A program made the position numbers and the translations under genes. From assembly GCF_009834535.1 (NCBI RefSeq), contig NC_045696.1, positions 11,224,001-11,288,000 on the forward strand: a DNA stretch of 64,000 nucleotides, written 5' to 3'. The DNA is from Camelus ferus. Its lineage: Eukaryota. This document shows, piece after piece, positions 1 through 13,710 of this stretch. Each line of letters starts with the position of its first letter. Positions within the stretch are counted from its first letter, which is position 1. The notes under the pieces are model-generated. The model was given only the letters and a program-made list of their open reading frames with translations, had not been told where the DNA came from and ran no database searches.

Positions 1-329
1 CCCCGGTCCCATCAGCTGCGGCCGGGAGAGAGATGGTATAGGGACCCTAGTAAGCACTGTCACCGGGGCAGCGGTAGCTGCATTGGGCAGATGAAGCTAC
101 CTGGGAGAACCGGACAACTGTCTAGTAAGGAGAATTAACAAGTCCTGAGCTCGGCTCGAATCACTACTCGGAACTCATAGATTTTACCCCCAATTTAATT
201 TACCCACTGAGGCACACAGTAGGCATTCAATGACAGACAGTGGCCATAGATGCCTCAGTGAGGGTCCCATTTTCCTGGTGAGCTGGTTGGCAAGACCTAA
301 CTAACACAGAGAGTCACCTTGGCTTCACT

Positions 330-715
330 GTCTGCAACAGCTTAACTGAGATCTGTTTTATACACAACGAAATTCTTCCTTTTAAAATGTAAAATTCAGT
401 CATCTTTAGTATATTACCCTGAGTTGTGTGACCACCACAATCTGTTTCAGAATATTTACACCATTCCCCCCAAAATCCCTGTACCCGTCGGCAGTCACTC
501 CCCTTCCTCTGCCTCCCCCAGCCCTAGGCGACCGCTAGCTGTTCTCTGTCTCTACAGGTTTGCCTCTTCTAGGCACTTCACATCCCCGGAATCGCACGAC
601 GGTGGCCTTCAGTGTCTGGCTTCTCTCACGTAGCCCGATGCCTCCAAGGTTCATCCGTGTTGCAGCATGAACCGGCTTCATTCCTTTCTGTGGCCAAATA
701 ACATTCCACCCTGAG
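330..715 (-). mobile_element. Old L1 (L1MB-like) 3' end fragment
   Basis: Resembles the antisense L1MB 3' end (gagttgtgtgaccaccaca...ggcagtcactcccc...gttctctgtctctac). Confidence 0.65.
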
Positions 716-779
716 GACAGATGGTCACTCCCTACTTGGCCGGGTAAGTCACCACCGCCCCCGCGCCACCCTTACTCAC

Positions 780-879
780 CTGGTCTGCGAGGGGCCTGAC
801 CAGGACATGTAGAGCAGGATGAGGAAGAGAAACAGCACGAAAGCAGCCAGGCTCACCCAGAAGGCGATGACGATCGAGT
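780..879 (-). CDS. MRAP: MRAP second coding exon (transmembrane segment); last coding exon is outside the window
   Basis: 100-nt exon between acceptor ccccctcccgcag and donor gtgagtaag. Spliced to the first exon it reads (H)[32 protein letters not shown](R/S), the MRAP TM helix; phases are compatible. Confidence 0.96.
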
Positions 880-3284
880 CTGCGGGAGGGGGACACGCGT
901 CTCCACGTCAGTGAGGGAGATACGGGCCCCCACGTGCTGTGGGAACAGGGCCCTGAGTGTAAGCGTTCCTGGCTGTGACCAGGGAGAAGATGTTTCCATT
1001 ACCCTTGAGAAGGAACAGGGCAGCAGGGACCTGGCTTTTTCCCTGAGCCACTGGCCACTGGGTCAGCTTAGGGTGGACACTGAGTGGAAAAGAGTAACTG
1101 AGATTAGGTGGCATCTCATGGATTTGTTTTATCGGCTGCTCCTGCTGCTCAGAGGATGATTTCCGCTCCCGTCTCTCTCCCTGGGAGGGAGAAGAAAGAT
1201 CTGTGGGAAACCTCGTGCGGCAGACTGGCCTCCCCTTCCCAGTGAGGGCTGCGGCCCCTACCAGGAGCCTTTCATGACCAGCCCATTGGGGACAGCTTCA
1301 GAGACCCCAAGATGAGAGACTTAGAGAAAGGATGTGTGCAGACAATGGTGCCAGCTGCTCCACGGAGGGCCAGGCCCTTCCCTCTGCAGAGTAGTTAACC
1401 GTGGCCCGCCCTGGCCAGCCTGCTCGGGGACGTGGGGAGAGCTGGCCCCTTTCTTGGCGGTGGACAAGGGGCCAGGGGAAACCAGAAAAGACGCTTAGAC
1501 CTTTCCAGGCCCTGGGTCGAACCTCGCAGGTCAGGAGTGCCTTTTCTCTGGGGCTCCAGTTCAGGAACATTCGGCAAATTGCTAGGGAACTGCAGCCACC
1601 TGACAGTTTTTCTTGGTGGTTGTCTATGGCTGTGGGCACCAAGTACCAGCTCATAATTAGTGTCTGCAAGCATCTCATCCCAGACCCACATGCCCCAGGA
1701 TGAGATGCCCCCAACCGGGATGTGCTAGGTGCCTACATGTGGGACCAAAGGAGGCTACTAAAGGATGCTAATCAGCAGGTAGGTATTAAGCACCTTTGTG
1801 AGCCAGGTCCTGCTGGAGGCTGTTAAGGATTCAGAGCAGGCCAACCTGGCACCCCAGAAACCACTGACACCTTTCCCCTGCCCCTCCTCCTGCAGCATCC
1901 TCCTCGAAACCCCTGTTGTACCAGCAGCGCTAGCCCTGCCCTGCTTTCTGTTCAAAGAGATGTTTTTGTGTTGTATTTAAAGGAAAAGATGTTTATAAAT
2001 GAGTGGACAAGGGAACAACTGAATGAATGGATGAATCAGTGGAAGATAGAGATTTGTGAGTCATTTGTGGGGTAAACAATGGTATTTGAGTAAAGGGTGT
2101 TACCTCCGCCCTCCATGACCCAAGACAGGTAGAGAGAGAAACTGAGACCTTGTAAGAGTTGATCTTAGACCCTAACAGTTAGCGTCCAAGACAGGTAATA
2201 AGGAAAAGATGCAGTATTTGCGAAAAGAATCACGAGCTCCTGCCACCTTGTAATGCATCAGCAACTTGGCACTCACACTGCAGAGAGGATGGGACAGCAG
2301 AGACCCCCAGGTTGGCTCTCACATTCTCTCCATTTTGTTTCTGAGCTGAGAAGCTGCTGGTGGTGCCCTAGAGCATCGAACTGTTGAAGGGGACATACAG
2401 GCTCCTGGGACAGAGGAAATGAGGTTGTTGCTGTCTGTCCTAAGCATAAGGATTTTCAGAAGAAGCCTCTGACTTTCTTAGTCTTTCCTGCCTGCTCACT
2501 GTGCATTATTCTCCAATACCTGCTTCAGCTCAACTCCATCCCAAAGAATCATAACTCATTGTATAACCACCAAAGTATGACAGTGTGTATGTTTTCAGAA
2601 AATTTGGTTTGCGATTTCACTGGGTAAGGATGTTTCCAATTTCGGCAGACACTGACGCTCTTTTTCCTTCCTAAAAATGAAGCAGGATTTGAGGTCTTTG
2701 GCACCTAGGTAAGTTCGTCAGAGCCTTTCAGGAAGCAGCTTCAAAAACTGAGCGGTTGTGATACCCGCTCCCTGTCCCAGGCTCACACTGTCTGTCCCAG
2801 CCTTTGGCCATTATCTCCCCAGATACTGAGCTGGAAGTGAGATGATACCTCTCCCTGAGCACGGAGTCTTCAGAGAAGCAAACTTTGAATTTCATCAGAC
2901 CAAAGAGATCATCAGTAGCCACTAGCTGTTTCCTGTAGTACGTTCTCCTTCATCATGTTGAAAAAGGCAGCCAAGAAAATAGTATTTTTCCTTTTCCTCC
3001 TGAAGATTCAGCCTAAGTGCTTGGAGAGAACATTTTGTTCCAAGGGCAAGAGCTGTCATTCTCCAGTGTTGGAAGTGTTTAAACATCTGTGGGCTTGTTT
3101 TTACAACCAGGAGCACCAGGCTGGCTTGACAATGAAACTGGTCCAGCCACGGAATACTCCGCTTCCCGCGTGTCGTCTCCCCACCCCTTCTTCCTTTCTC
3201 CCCCTTCCTCTTCCCTTCCCTCTTCTCCTGAGTCCTAGTAGAAGATTCACCCCAAGAATTTCCCCTTCTTGGGGAATAATAATG

Positions 3285-3520
3285 GGGTTAAGGACCCTAG
3301 GCTCTGGAGGTGGATGGCTCTGAGTTCAAATTCTGACTTTTCCATTTCCTAGCTATGTGAGCTCAGGCAGTCTGGGATTTTTACATCTTTAAATCTGTTC
3401 TCCTCATCTGTTAAATGGAGATAACAGAATGTGTTATATGGGCTGTTAGGCAAGTTAAATAAAATAATATGTCTATGCAATGCACGTGGCACGAGTCCTT
3501 GTTTAATGGTTGTGAACAAT
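3285..3520 (+). mobile_element. MIR SINE
   Basis: ggctctggag...tgagttcaaattctgactt...tcctcatctgttaaatggagataa (CORE domain). Further MIR-like pieces occur near 8290-8420, 14640-14860, 43570-43680 and 50230-50400. Confidence 0.7.
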
Positions 3521-4118
3521 ATGTAAGTAGAACTAAAATTATTTCTGTTAAGAGGCTTTGTGGCCCGTGATATCATGACATCCTTCAAGCTCACTACAGT
3601 GTAGGCTATGAGTAAAGGTAACTGTGGCGTAGACTGCTGGTCTAATGTCTGCTTTCAGGTGCCTCTGTACTGACAGAAGCCTTCCTAAAGGAGGGCACAT
3701 GGCTGCCTGGGGTAAAGACTACAATTCCCAGCCACCCTTTCTGCTAGGTATGATCATGTGACAAGGTTCTGGCCAATGAGATGTGAGTGGAGCAGTTACA
3801 GGACAGCTTCTAAGAGTCCGTCCTGCAGAGACTGCTGGATTTCTAATTCCTATGTCCCCTCTTACTCCCTTACTTCCTTTCGGTGCCCAGAACATGGATG
3901 TGATGGCTAGAGCAAGGCTCGGAACATGGTGATGAGGACACATCCACAAGCCGGTTCCCGAAGATTTCATGGAGTTGACCCACCACCCTACCCTGCAAAC
4001 TTTTACATGAGCGAGAAACCAACTTTTAGTTTATCTGGTACTCTGTTCATTGTAACCAATTTTCTCTATTTTTAAGAAATGACTTTTTAAATGATCATAC
4101 CAAAGCTGACAAGTCCAA

Positions 4119-4212
4119 GGAGGAGGGAAATAGCTTAGTGGTAGAGCACTTGCTTAGCATGTAGAAGTCCTGGGTTCAATCCCCAGTACCTCCATTAAAA
4201 AAAAAAAAAAAA
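4119..4212 (+). mobile_element. tRNA-derived SINE (camelid Vic-1-like), short form
   Basis: A box TAGCTTAGTGG, B box GGTTCAATCC, then cagtacctccatt and a poly(A) tail. Confidence 0.85.
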
Positions 4213-6434
4213 GGCAAATCCAAATGAATGCTAACCTTCAAAATAATCATCCTCTATCATAGCATCATCTAAATTTTCCTAAAATACATATGTTGATCAA
4301 ACATTTATAAACATTTATAAATTATTCTTTTGAAATTACCTTCAAGGACACACACACACACACACACATCCCAATTTTGCTGCTTTATGAGAGCATAATT
4401 TATTTTTGACACCCAGGTGGTATCAATCAGCTTCTTTTCATTCACCTGATTGGTTTCTGGGTCATTTTTAACTATTTCCCAGCAGCAAATCCACCCTCAA
4501 AAGAAATACATGATTTATTACTGTGGACATTTCATAGAACATGTCAGGCCACACAAGCCAGTTCCAAAGGAAGAGATCCAAGCAGTTTTTGAGCAATGAC
4601 AGACTCATTCAAGTGTAGCACCTTTTCAAGGGGCTACCTTGATGGAAATTTATTCCAAGGTAAAACATTCTCGTATCTTTGTTTAAAAATCACTTTCACT
4701 GCTTAGATCACACCCACGGCACTGACCATTTGGTGAAGACTTAGACATCATAATTAAAGTTGTAACCTGAGCTTGATCGCTCTGAACAAGAGAGAAGACT
4801 TAAATACATAGGTCCTTTGTCCAGTCTTTACACTGAAGTCTCTGTATTCAGAAGAGGTTGGTTCATGGGGTGTTTTTATTCTTTCTCTCCCAGCTGTCGG
4901 GGCAGCAGATGAGCAGACTGCCTCATTACTGAAGCTGCCAGAGGCAGTGTGTCAGCAGAAGTCAGTATGGGCTCTGACAGATTCCTCCCCATCCATAATT
5001 AAAGGAAAAAAAACATATTGACCTGAGAGGTAAATAATACAGCAGCAACACCAGGCATGGCCGGAGGGAAATCAGTCCATCTTGCTGCGCCCAGCAGTGG
5101 GGGCACTAGTGTGGTATCCAGGTACCCGTCGTATTAAAATCATGTGTATTGCCGCTGTAAGATTGGAACATAGGACTGTTTTTCTCCTAAGCTTAGCCTC
5201 TGAAAAGGGAACAGATGGAAGGTCAAACATAATTAGTCTGTTTAGCCAGGACCTCAGGAAACAGATTTGCATTTTCGACCTTCTGGATGGCAGTGGGGAG
5301 ATTCTTAACCTTTTCTGTGAAACAGTAGCCACATCTGAAAATCACAGGGGTCACAATCCTTGTGAAGCCCCTGTAACAAAATCACACCAGATTCCAAGCC
5401 ACCCATGGGAAAGGGCAACCCACAGCCTTCAACTCAGCACCGAACGCTCATAAAAATATATCTAAATCCCTAGATGTTTCCAATTATCTGCCCAACCGTC
5501 ATGGAATAAATTCCATTGTATGGGCATGAATACAAAAATCTTAAAAATCCCTCCTGCTTGTTAGGTTAGCACATGAGCCTGGGTATTTTTACTTCTATTT
5601 TTGTCTCCTTCTTTACTCAGCACAGGAGTTGAAGCCCGCCTGGCCTTCCCTATGTCAACCAGCTGCTTCAGGTGACCTTCTAGTGAGATGATCTGAGAGC
5701 GCTTTGCCTCTTTATCTCACCCGAAAGCATTCCGAGCATCCTTCTGTCTTTGATGTGCACCTCTGCAGAGACCTAGGATGTGATGCTTTCTGATTTGTTT
5801 GACGGGTTGGACACCCAACCCAGAGGAACTGGCAAAGAGAGAAAGTCGCATTTGTCAGCGAAGAAGGTCACCTTCCTGTGGCTGACCTCTGTCCACCCTC
5901 ACCTGCACTCATGCTTACCTTTCCCTACCTTCAAAGCCAAGTGACAGAGCATCCAAGACTGCCCGATGCTGCCTTTTGCTGATTAATCAGAGAAAACCAA
6001 AGGGACACAGTGATAACAGTAGCCCAGAGTGAGGATGAGGGAGGTTTCTGTTTTTGCAGATTTTTTAGCCTTTTTCTTTTTTAGTGAACTTATTTGAACT
6101 CAAATACTGAGGACAAAAGTAGGCAAGACATCTTTACTTAACACACAGCAGTGGAAGAAGTTCTTCTCTCCCCAGGTCATTACTTATAAGAGCAAAATCC
6201 TAGAAACATCCTATATATTCAGAGACACAAATTTCTAGACCACTGTGCAGCTTATTTACAAGGTTTTTGTGAAAGAATATTTAACAACATGGGAAAACAA
6301 GATATTGTGAGGTCGATAAGAGCAGAGTACAAAATAGCACATAGAGCCAGGTCCTATTTGAAATATATTTAGGAGACAGGATGTCATAGTAAACTCTCTG
6401 TGTCTGCTTCAGCTGATGTCCAAGACAAAGGTGC

Positions 6435-6832
6435 TGCTATGGACTGAATGTCTGGGCCCTTCCCGCTCCAATTCTCATGTGGAAGCCCTAATCCCCAGTG
6501 TGATGGTATTTGGAGGTGGGGCCATTGAGAGGTGATTAGGTTTAGAAGAGGTCATGAGGGTGGAGCCCCTTGTTGGGAATAGCGCCCTTATACTAAGAGA
6601 AAGAGATACACATACACTCTTTCTCTCTCCGTTTGCACAAAGGGAAGGCTGTGTGAGCACACAATGAGAAGGGGGCCACCTACAAGCCGGGAAGCAAGCC
6701 CTCACCAGACAGTGAGTCCGTGGCCACCTTGATCTTGGACTTCCAGCCCCCCAAAACTGTGAGAAATAAATGCTTGTTGTTTAAGCCATCCAGCCTGTGC
6801 TATCTTGTTATGGCAGCCTGAGTAGACTGAGG
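6435..6832 (+). mobile_element. MaLR solo LTR (MLT1A/B/C-like)
   Basis: tgctatggactgaatgt...ccctaatccccagtgtgatggtatttggagg...ttgatcttggacttccagcc...gagaaataaatg...gcagcctgagtagactga. Confidence 0.8.
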
Positions 6833-7099
6833 CGGATGTTGACTACTTAAAATCTGATTTAGTGATGCTTAACTCTAAAGAATTTTCTTTAGGGACAGTA
6901 GACAATATTCAGAGTCCACCACACCCCTCACCTTGCAGGAGAGGGCAGTTGGCGCCCTGCCCTTGAGTCAGTGGGGCTGCCCCAGGGCCTTGCCTATGTG
7001 TCTGATGCACACGTCCCAGCCTGCGGACCCGTGAGAAGTACATTTCAGCTGTTTACAATCCATCCAGTCTATGGCATTTTGTTGTAGCAGTCTGAATAG

Positions 7100-7497
7100 A
7101 CTGACAGGCTGCTGGAACAAAAATACCACGTCTGGATAATTTAAACAACAGACTTTTATTCTCTCACAGTTGTGGAATTCTGGATGCTCGAAGTCCAAGA
7201 TCAGTGTCAGCAGGGTCGGTTTCTTCTGAGGCCTCCTTCCTCAGCCTGCAGATGGCGCCTTCTCGCTAGGTCCTCACGTGGTCGTCCCTCGGGGTGTGTG
7301 TCTGTGTGTGTGTGTGTTCTAAGCTCCCCTTACAAGGACACCGGTCATTTTGGGTTAAGGCCCATCCCAATGACCTCATTTTAACTTAATTACCTCTAGA
7401 AAGGCCTTGTCTCCATATACAGTCACATTCTGGAGTACTGGGGGTTAGGACTTCGACAAAGGACTGGAGGCAGGGGGACATGATTCAGCCCGTGACA
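7100..7497 (-). mobile_element. MaLR solo LTR (MLT1C-like)
   Basis: aacaacagacttttattctctcacagtt...tgacctcattttaacttaattacctct...gttaggacttc. An adjacent short MLT 3' end lies at about 7010-7103. Confidence 0.75.
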
Positions 7498-10175
7498 CCA
7501 AGGAAGAACAAAGTGGGATGGGGTTCAGACCTCCCTGGAGGAGATGTGGTCTGGCCAATGGATGGCAGAAAAGTTGGCTGGTTTAGTCAGGTCTGAGCTG
7601 GCCTGGAGCTCCTGCACAAACCACACACAAACCATGCGTACTCCAGAGCCCCAGCCTTGAGGGGAAGGGATGGAGACGTGAGGGGGGAGCTGGCTGGTGG
7701 GGGCTCTAGGAGGCACAGCCCCTCTGTGTGTGACCCGGTCCTCAACAGGCTACAGCTGGCCCAGGGGCTTTGGTTTCTGTGTTGAGATGGCCACAGAGAG
7801 ATTACCACTATGCCGAGGCTGCACGATCTTAGAGAGACCAGATTCTGCGCCAGGGCCCAGGGCTGGTTCCACCAGACGTACCCATACCCTCACTGCTGAC
7901 CTCTCCCCCTCCCCGCCCACCACCCTCTTGCAGAAGGTGCCTCTCCAGAACCCTTTCCTGAGAAGGCCTAACATGTGCTCACTTTAAAGGAATTCTGTCA
8001 TTGGTCACAGAGCACATTTTGAAAGGTTCATTCAGAGCCAAGAGGCAATAAATTAATAACTGATGGAAATATTCATCATAAAAATTAATGCATGCAGTAG
8101 CTGCCCACTTCACATGTACTTACTCATTCATTCATTCCACAAAGACCTATGGTGTGCCTACTGTGTGCTAGCCACTGGTCGGGAGCTGGGGAGAGAGAGA
8201 GAGATGGCCGAAGTTTCCTGCCCTGCTGGGTCTGGCATCGTGGTGAGAATCTGCCCCCAATCTGCCAAGTGTGCTGGGAAGAGTCCTGAGGCGTCGGAGC
8301 TGGAATGTAGGTCCCGGCTCTGTAAGTATCTCATGGGGTGACATTAAGCAGGTCACTCGGCCCCTCTGTGCCCTTGTTCCCCTACGTACTTCCACCTTCG
8401 CATCTGTAACACCAGGGCACAGGGGAGGGATCTGTTCAACTGCATGCTTCCAGCCCCAGCCTGTGGCCGTCTCCTGCCCAGATCTCACCACTTCCCTACC
8501 CACCCTCACATTTCTACGTTCACCAGAGTGAGACCCTTAGCAAGCAAACTGGACCTTGTGTCTTCCCTGCTTAACAATTTGAAACGACCCCCCACAGCTT
8601 CCTGGGGTCTTCAGAAGCACAGCCTCTGTCACTTTTCCCAAAACACCCTTCCGGACGCACGTCCTTTATGCACAGGAGTGTAACTGTTCTCTACCCTGCG
8701 CCCGCCCTCCGTGTAGCAGGCAAATTCAACCTTTTGGACTCAGCTTTCCCGAGTCTTCCCTGGGAAGCCTTCCTTCACCTCTTACTTCTCTCTAAGGATG
8801 TCCTTCCCTGTGCTCTGTTGGCAAATTTTGCAAATCTCCAGCCTAATGTCATGAGCTGAGTAACTGTTTATTCACGATCAGTGTGTCCCACCCGATGGGA
8901 CCTTGAGGATAAACAGTGACCTGCTCGATTGCTTCCTCAAGCCAGTGTCATCTACAAAAAGGGCCTATTAGACAAAAAGACACTTCAGGGACATCACCAG
9001 ATGCAGCCCATCAGCATGGAGCGGACAACAGTTCTCACACACATTTGGGGAAAATTGGAGAATTGGGTATTAGATGATACTAGGAAATAATTACTGAAAT
9101 CTTTAGATGTACTGTTATGTTCTAACTTTTAATAGTTTCCTAAGTTTGGTAGAGGAATGTTATGATGTCTGTAACCTACTTGGATTATCAATTATCTATG
9201 ATCACAAAATGGGTAATAATAGTAATAAAATAGCTATTGCAAAAAAATTGAGGACATGGATTTAGTCTTTTTGCTTTTGTACCGCCAGCTCCCAGTGCAG
9301 AGTCTGGCCTGTAATGGATAGTCACAGAATTTTGATTGTTTAATTATTCATGAGTAACATCCAGAAGGTGGGAAAATGTGTGGAGTGTTTCTGGTCTACT
9401 GTGGAAGTGGGTCTCATGCAACAGAAAGAAAACAAAATTGACAGTGCCTAATTTCAGAAGGACTAACAAGAGGGAAGGGGAAACTTAGACCTACTGGGAA
9501 AGGAAGGGGCAGGGAAATGAGCAAAAGGCCTGTGGTTGAGCCTGGAGTCTCTCCTATGCAGGGACGCCGTGAAAAGTTACACATGTTGTGCACTGCCTGA
9601 ATGGGTTGTGATTAGCTGTGTGCCCAGAGAAGGAGCTTTTTCCTAATTTTCTCTGCCTGATGGGGTAGCGCAGCCCTATTACTATGTCTGTGGGGCTTGT
9701 GGAAGAAGAGGAGAATCAAGATGACCATTTGATGTTCCTGGGTGCCCTGGTATGCATCTGTGGGACAGTCCTTGGCAAACCTAGAAGGTTGGTTACCCTA
9801 AGGGGAGTGCAACAAGGGGAAGAAAAGGTTGTGGAGCTGGAAGTGAAGATGGAGAGAGACAGAAAGCAGGGGGAAGAAGGAAGTAAACTTGTAGGTTGAT
9901 GTTTTCTAAAGTTGCAAGAACATGGAGTTATTATCACCAGCTGATGACACAACTTCCAGCAAGCTCAGCATCCCGTCCTCCCTCCATTGGAGAGGATGGC
10001 CACTTGCCCACCCACTGGGTCCAGCCTGATACAATTACAGACAGGCCCAGGGAAGAGGGAGGGGACTCAAGGAAGTTCTCAGTTTGCTCACAGCAGCTCC
10101 GGGAAGGAGTTATTGCAAATACTACACAGAGTAGGAGACTAATTGTAAATGGGTGTATAGGTGTGTGTACGTGCA

Positions 10176-10347
10176 AAAACAGACTTACCATATGACCCAG
10201 CAATTCCACTCCTGGGCATATATCCAGAGAAAAAAATAATTTGAAAAGATACATGCACCCAATGTTTACAGCAACACTATTTACAATACCCAAGACATGG
10301 AAGCAACCTGAATGTCCATCGACTGACGACTGGATAATGAAGATGTG

Positions 10348-10394
<47 letters not shown>

Positions 10395-10827
10395 AATACT
10401 ACTTGGCCATGAAAAAGAATGAAATAATGCCATTTGCAGCAACATGGATGGACTTGGACATCATCATACTAAATGAAGTCAGTCAGACAGAAAGACAAAT
10501 ATTAGGTGATATCATTTATATGTGGAATCTAAAAAATAGTACAAATGAACTTATTTACAAAACAGAAACAGACACAGACATAGAAAGAGGGGGAGGGATA
10601 AACTAGGAGTATAGGATTAACGGACATGCACTACTGTATATGAAACAAATAAACAACAAGGATTTTCTGTATGGCCCAGAGAGCTGTATTCGATGTCTTA
10701 TAATAAGCTATTATGGAAAAGAATCAGAAAAAAGAATACATATATATGTATAACCGAATCACTTTGCTGTACAATCGGAACTAATACAATATTATAAAGC
10801 AACCATAGTTTAATTTAAAAAAAAAAA
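10176..10827 (+). mobile_element. L1 3' fragment (end of ORF2 and 3' UTR) with an internal (CA)n
   Basis: Typical L1 motifs ccatatgacccagcaattccactcctggg and gaaataatgccatttgcagcaacatggatggac; ends in an A tract; (CA)n at about 10349-10392. Confidence 0.9.
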
Positions 10828-13179
10828 GACTGCCTTGAATTTTTAACCCTTCTCCCATTGGAACACATCTCATTCCCTCCTCCTGAATTTGGCCCGGCCG
10901 TCCCAATTTATTTGCCCAAAGTCACAGGGCTAGTAAGTGGCTGAGCTCAGATGCGAATTACAGCCGACAGCCTCGGGAGTCCACATCCACAGCCTCTACA
11001 CAGCCGCTGCCCCGGAGCCAGTCTTCCAGAATGAAACAGGCAAATGCCTATTCAGGGCGTAAACACCCTGGTTGGGGGGGGGGGAGGGATTTTTGTCTAG
11101 CACCAAACATCTTTTCCAGAGACAAGAGAAATTAAATTCGGATAAGACACGAGGCCTGTGATGTGTGAGGGACAGATGGAAATAAAGGCACCCTCTCCCG
11201 TGGGTGTCGAAGATGCCTGACACCGGGGGCTGGATGTAACGTGGTATCTGAGAGCTCCTGTAATACAGTTAGAATCAACTTCCTAACACACAAAGATACT
11301 TTTGAGACACTTAAGATGGATTTCTTGATAAAGTTTAATTTATTGGAGTGGGGGGAGTTCCAAGAAGCTGGTTGAGTTTTTTAAAATTATAGATGTCACG
11401 TTTTCCATTGTCTGTATGAAAATATGGGGGAGAGCCACTTTGTGTGTCCCCTGAGATGTGTAACTTGGATAACTTCTATCAAAGCACCACTGGATGTTTA
11501 CTCTTCATAGGAGGGACCCAGTGAGTGGCCCCTCCCTGTGGGTGTCAAAAGCCCCCAACATCTAGGTTGTCTGGAGGGCCAGTGACTGGCATCTGAAGCA
11601 AGCTTCCTCTCTAAAAGGGTCTTTACTGGGTTTGAGAATTTGGGGAGGAGTTTCTTATTGAACTCGATTTCTGGGCTCACCGGGTATAAACTTCCAACTC
11701 TGGTTCATGTGTGCAAGAAAGATCATCTGCAACCTCACACACAGTTTAGAGAATACAAGACATTTTTCCCAGAAATGGAAGTTGTTTAGTGGGTAAGGGA
11801 GATGGGGGCAGAAGATTGAGATTGTTGGTCCTAAGATTCTAAAGTTGCAAAGGGACCCCCCCACCCAAAGCCTCAGGGAGGAGTTTTGAAACCCAGGTTA
11901 TGGTCAGGCGGCATGTCACACAAAAGGAGGGAAGTGTCTCAAGCTGAGCCAGGATTTTATTTAATCAAGTTAATTTTTTAAAAGTCTTTCCTGACTGCAG
12001 ACCTACATGTTGTTGTCCAGATCAAGACATATCCTGAAGTTCTGGACTTGTGATAATATATACATGAGAGTGGGCTTTTATTTCAAACCTGCCACTTTAT
12101 GCCTGTTCCTATATGTCTTCCTTACTGTGAGCTGTATGTGCAAAAATCTGCATTTTAATTTCATGATCATATACCTTGTATCAGAAAACACACGAAAACT
12201 ATTGTCCCGTCCAAAAGCTCTGCTGCAGTGCTGGGACAGTAAGTCCTCAGCAAACATGGATGGGCACCTCAAGTTCTGGAAGTTGTCAATGAAACTGGAA
12301 ACAGAAATACTTCCTAATCAGACGTTCTAAAAGACTTTCACGAAGGGTCCTGCCAGGGATCTGCCTCCTTTTATTAAATACTAACATCTGAGTGAACTTC
12401 AGTTCTGAGCTGGGGTGTAATAGACTATCTTTCTTTTCATACGAGAAGCATCTCATTCCTTCTAAAAACTGCATTTATTCTTTGATGGACACATTGCATG
12501 ACCGTAGTGAAATGCCCAAAGCATCCCAGACTTTGGGACAGGCAGAGAGGATGTGCTCCTGGGACTGAAACTTTGTTTCTGTTTTATTTTGTTTTGTTTT
12601 TCATGCTCATTTCCTCAGCTTACTTGTTATCTTGCCTGAGTAGCTGGAAAAATGCGAGAAGATTGCTCACGAAGTACCAAGTTACTCAAGAGATAAAGAC
12701 TGAGCAGGGAAGATGAGGGAAAGGATGTTAACTCGTGCGATTGTCCGTCCCGAGACCGTGAAGAAGATTAAACATTGGTGGGTACTTTAATAGGAGTTAG
12801 TGAATCATACATCTGAGGAGTGGACATAATGACTCTCTCTCTCTCACATGTGCACAGAGTCAATAGAAAACTCAAAATCTACAATTTGAAGAAACTTACT
12901 CAGCTCACTGGAACCCTAGAAAAATCAAACTCTATTAAGAAATCTATCTTACTGGTCTATTCTGCTCCCATAGCGTATTTTTTACTTTCTCAGGGGGTTC
13001 GTTCCAAACTTATTACTGAGAATAACAGGTGTCACCCTCCTTTCACCTGTAGCCATGAATCCGGGGGCACGTCCCGGCTTCCCCATGATGCCTGCCAGAG
13101 TTCACAAGTGAATGGATGGAAGTTGTTTGGGCCAAACCCCAGCCTCTGCCTGGCTGGCTTCCCCAGTTCAAGGACTCAC

Positions 13180-13285
13180 GTTTGTTGGCTTTCAGCTTCT
13201 TCTCATCCACAGGAATGAGGTCCAAGTAGTCCATGTAGTATTCGTAGCTGTAGTACGCGGCGGAGGCGTTGGTCCTGTTGGCCAT
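13180..13285 (-). CDS. MRAP: MRAP (melanocortin-2 receptor accessory protein), first coding exon
   Basis: ATG at 13285 in a strong context (ggcATGG) encodes [35 protein letters not shown], matching the recalled MRAP N-terminus (N-glycosylation sequons, YEYY, xDYL, LKANK). The 106 coding nt end at a GTGAGT donor (13179), phase 1. Confidence 0.96.
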
Positions 13286-13354
13286 GCCTGCGGCGCTGGG
13301 AGGAGGCACCTCGGAGCCGCCCCAAGCTCTACCAGGAGATCGCCCAGCGGATTT

Positions 13355-13710
13355 CTGTAAAAATCATCCAAGTGTGTCTGTGGGTCTCCAGGCTCAAGGC
13401 CTGCCCACTTATCGGAGCTGTTGGGCTAGGAGAAAGGTCAGGGGGGTGTGCCTGACATCTTCAGTGTGCAAGCAGAGTGTTCCATACCGCCCGGCTTGAC
13501 GGGACTCCAAGACAAACAGATCTGCGAGGTGGGAGCCTGAGGTCCCAGCGCAGGTCCAGGTTGGCCCTCAGCTTTCAGATAGGAAAACAGATCCCACTGG
13601 GCCTCGTGAAAGACAAGATGTGAACTAGGGGTAGAAAGGACAATCACTTTTGGCCTTAAATACTTAATAACTTAGGAAAACCAAATCAAACGACCGGCAG
13701 TGCCCTTGAC
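13355..13710 (-). promoter_or_regulatory. Candidate MRAP proximal regulatory region with nuclear-receptor half-sites
   Basis: TCAAGGCC (13394-13401) and the reverse complement TCAAGGGCA (13701-13709) are NR5A1/SF-1-like; AAAGGTCA (13433-13440) is an NBRE. A possible acceptor tttttacag precedes 13354 on the minus strand. Motif evidence only. Confidence 0.4.

Noticed and set aside
4119..4195. tRNA gene-like sequences with A and B boxes (all eight copies)
   Set aside because: They share a non-tRNA 3' part, A-rich tails and in several cases TSDs, and are mutually diverged, so they are SINEs and not tRNA genes.
13043..13309. 88-aa single-exon MRAP ORF with an MPPPSAAG extension and a different C-terminus
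   Set aside because: The ORF caller used an upstream GTG and read through the splice donor at 13179. The real start is ATG 13285.
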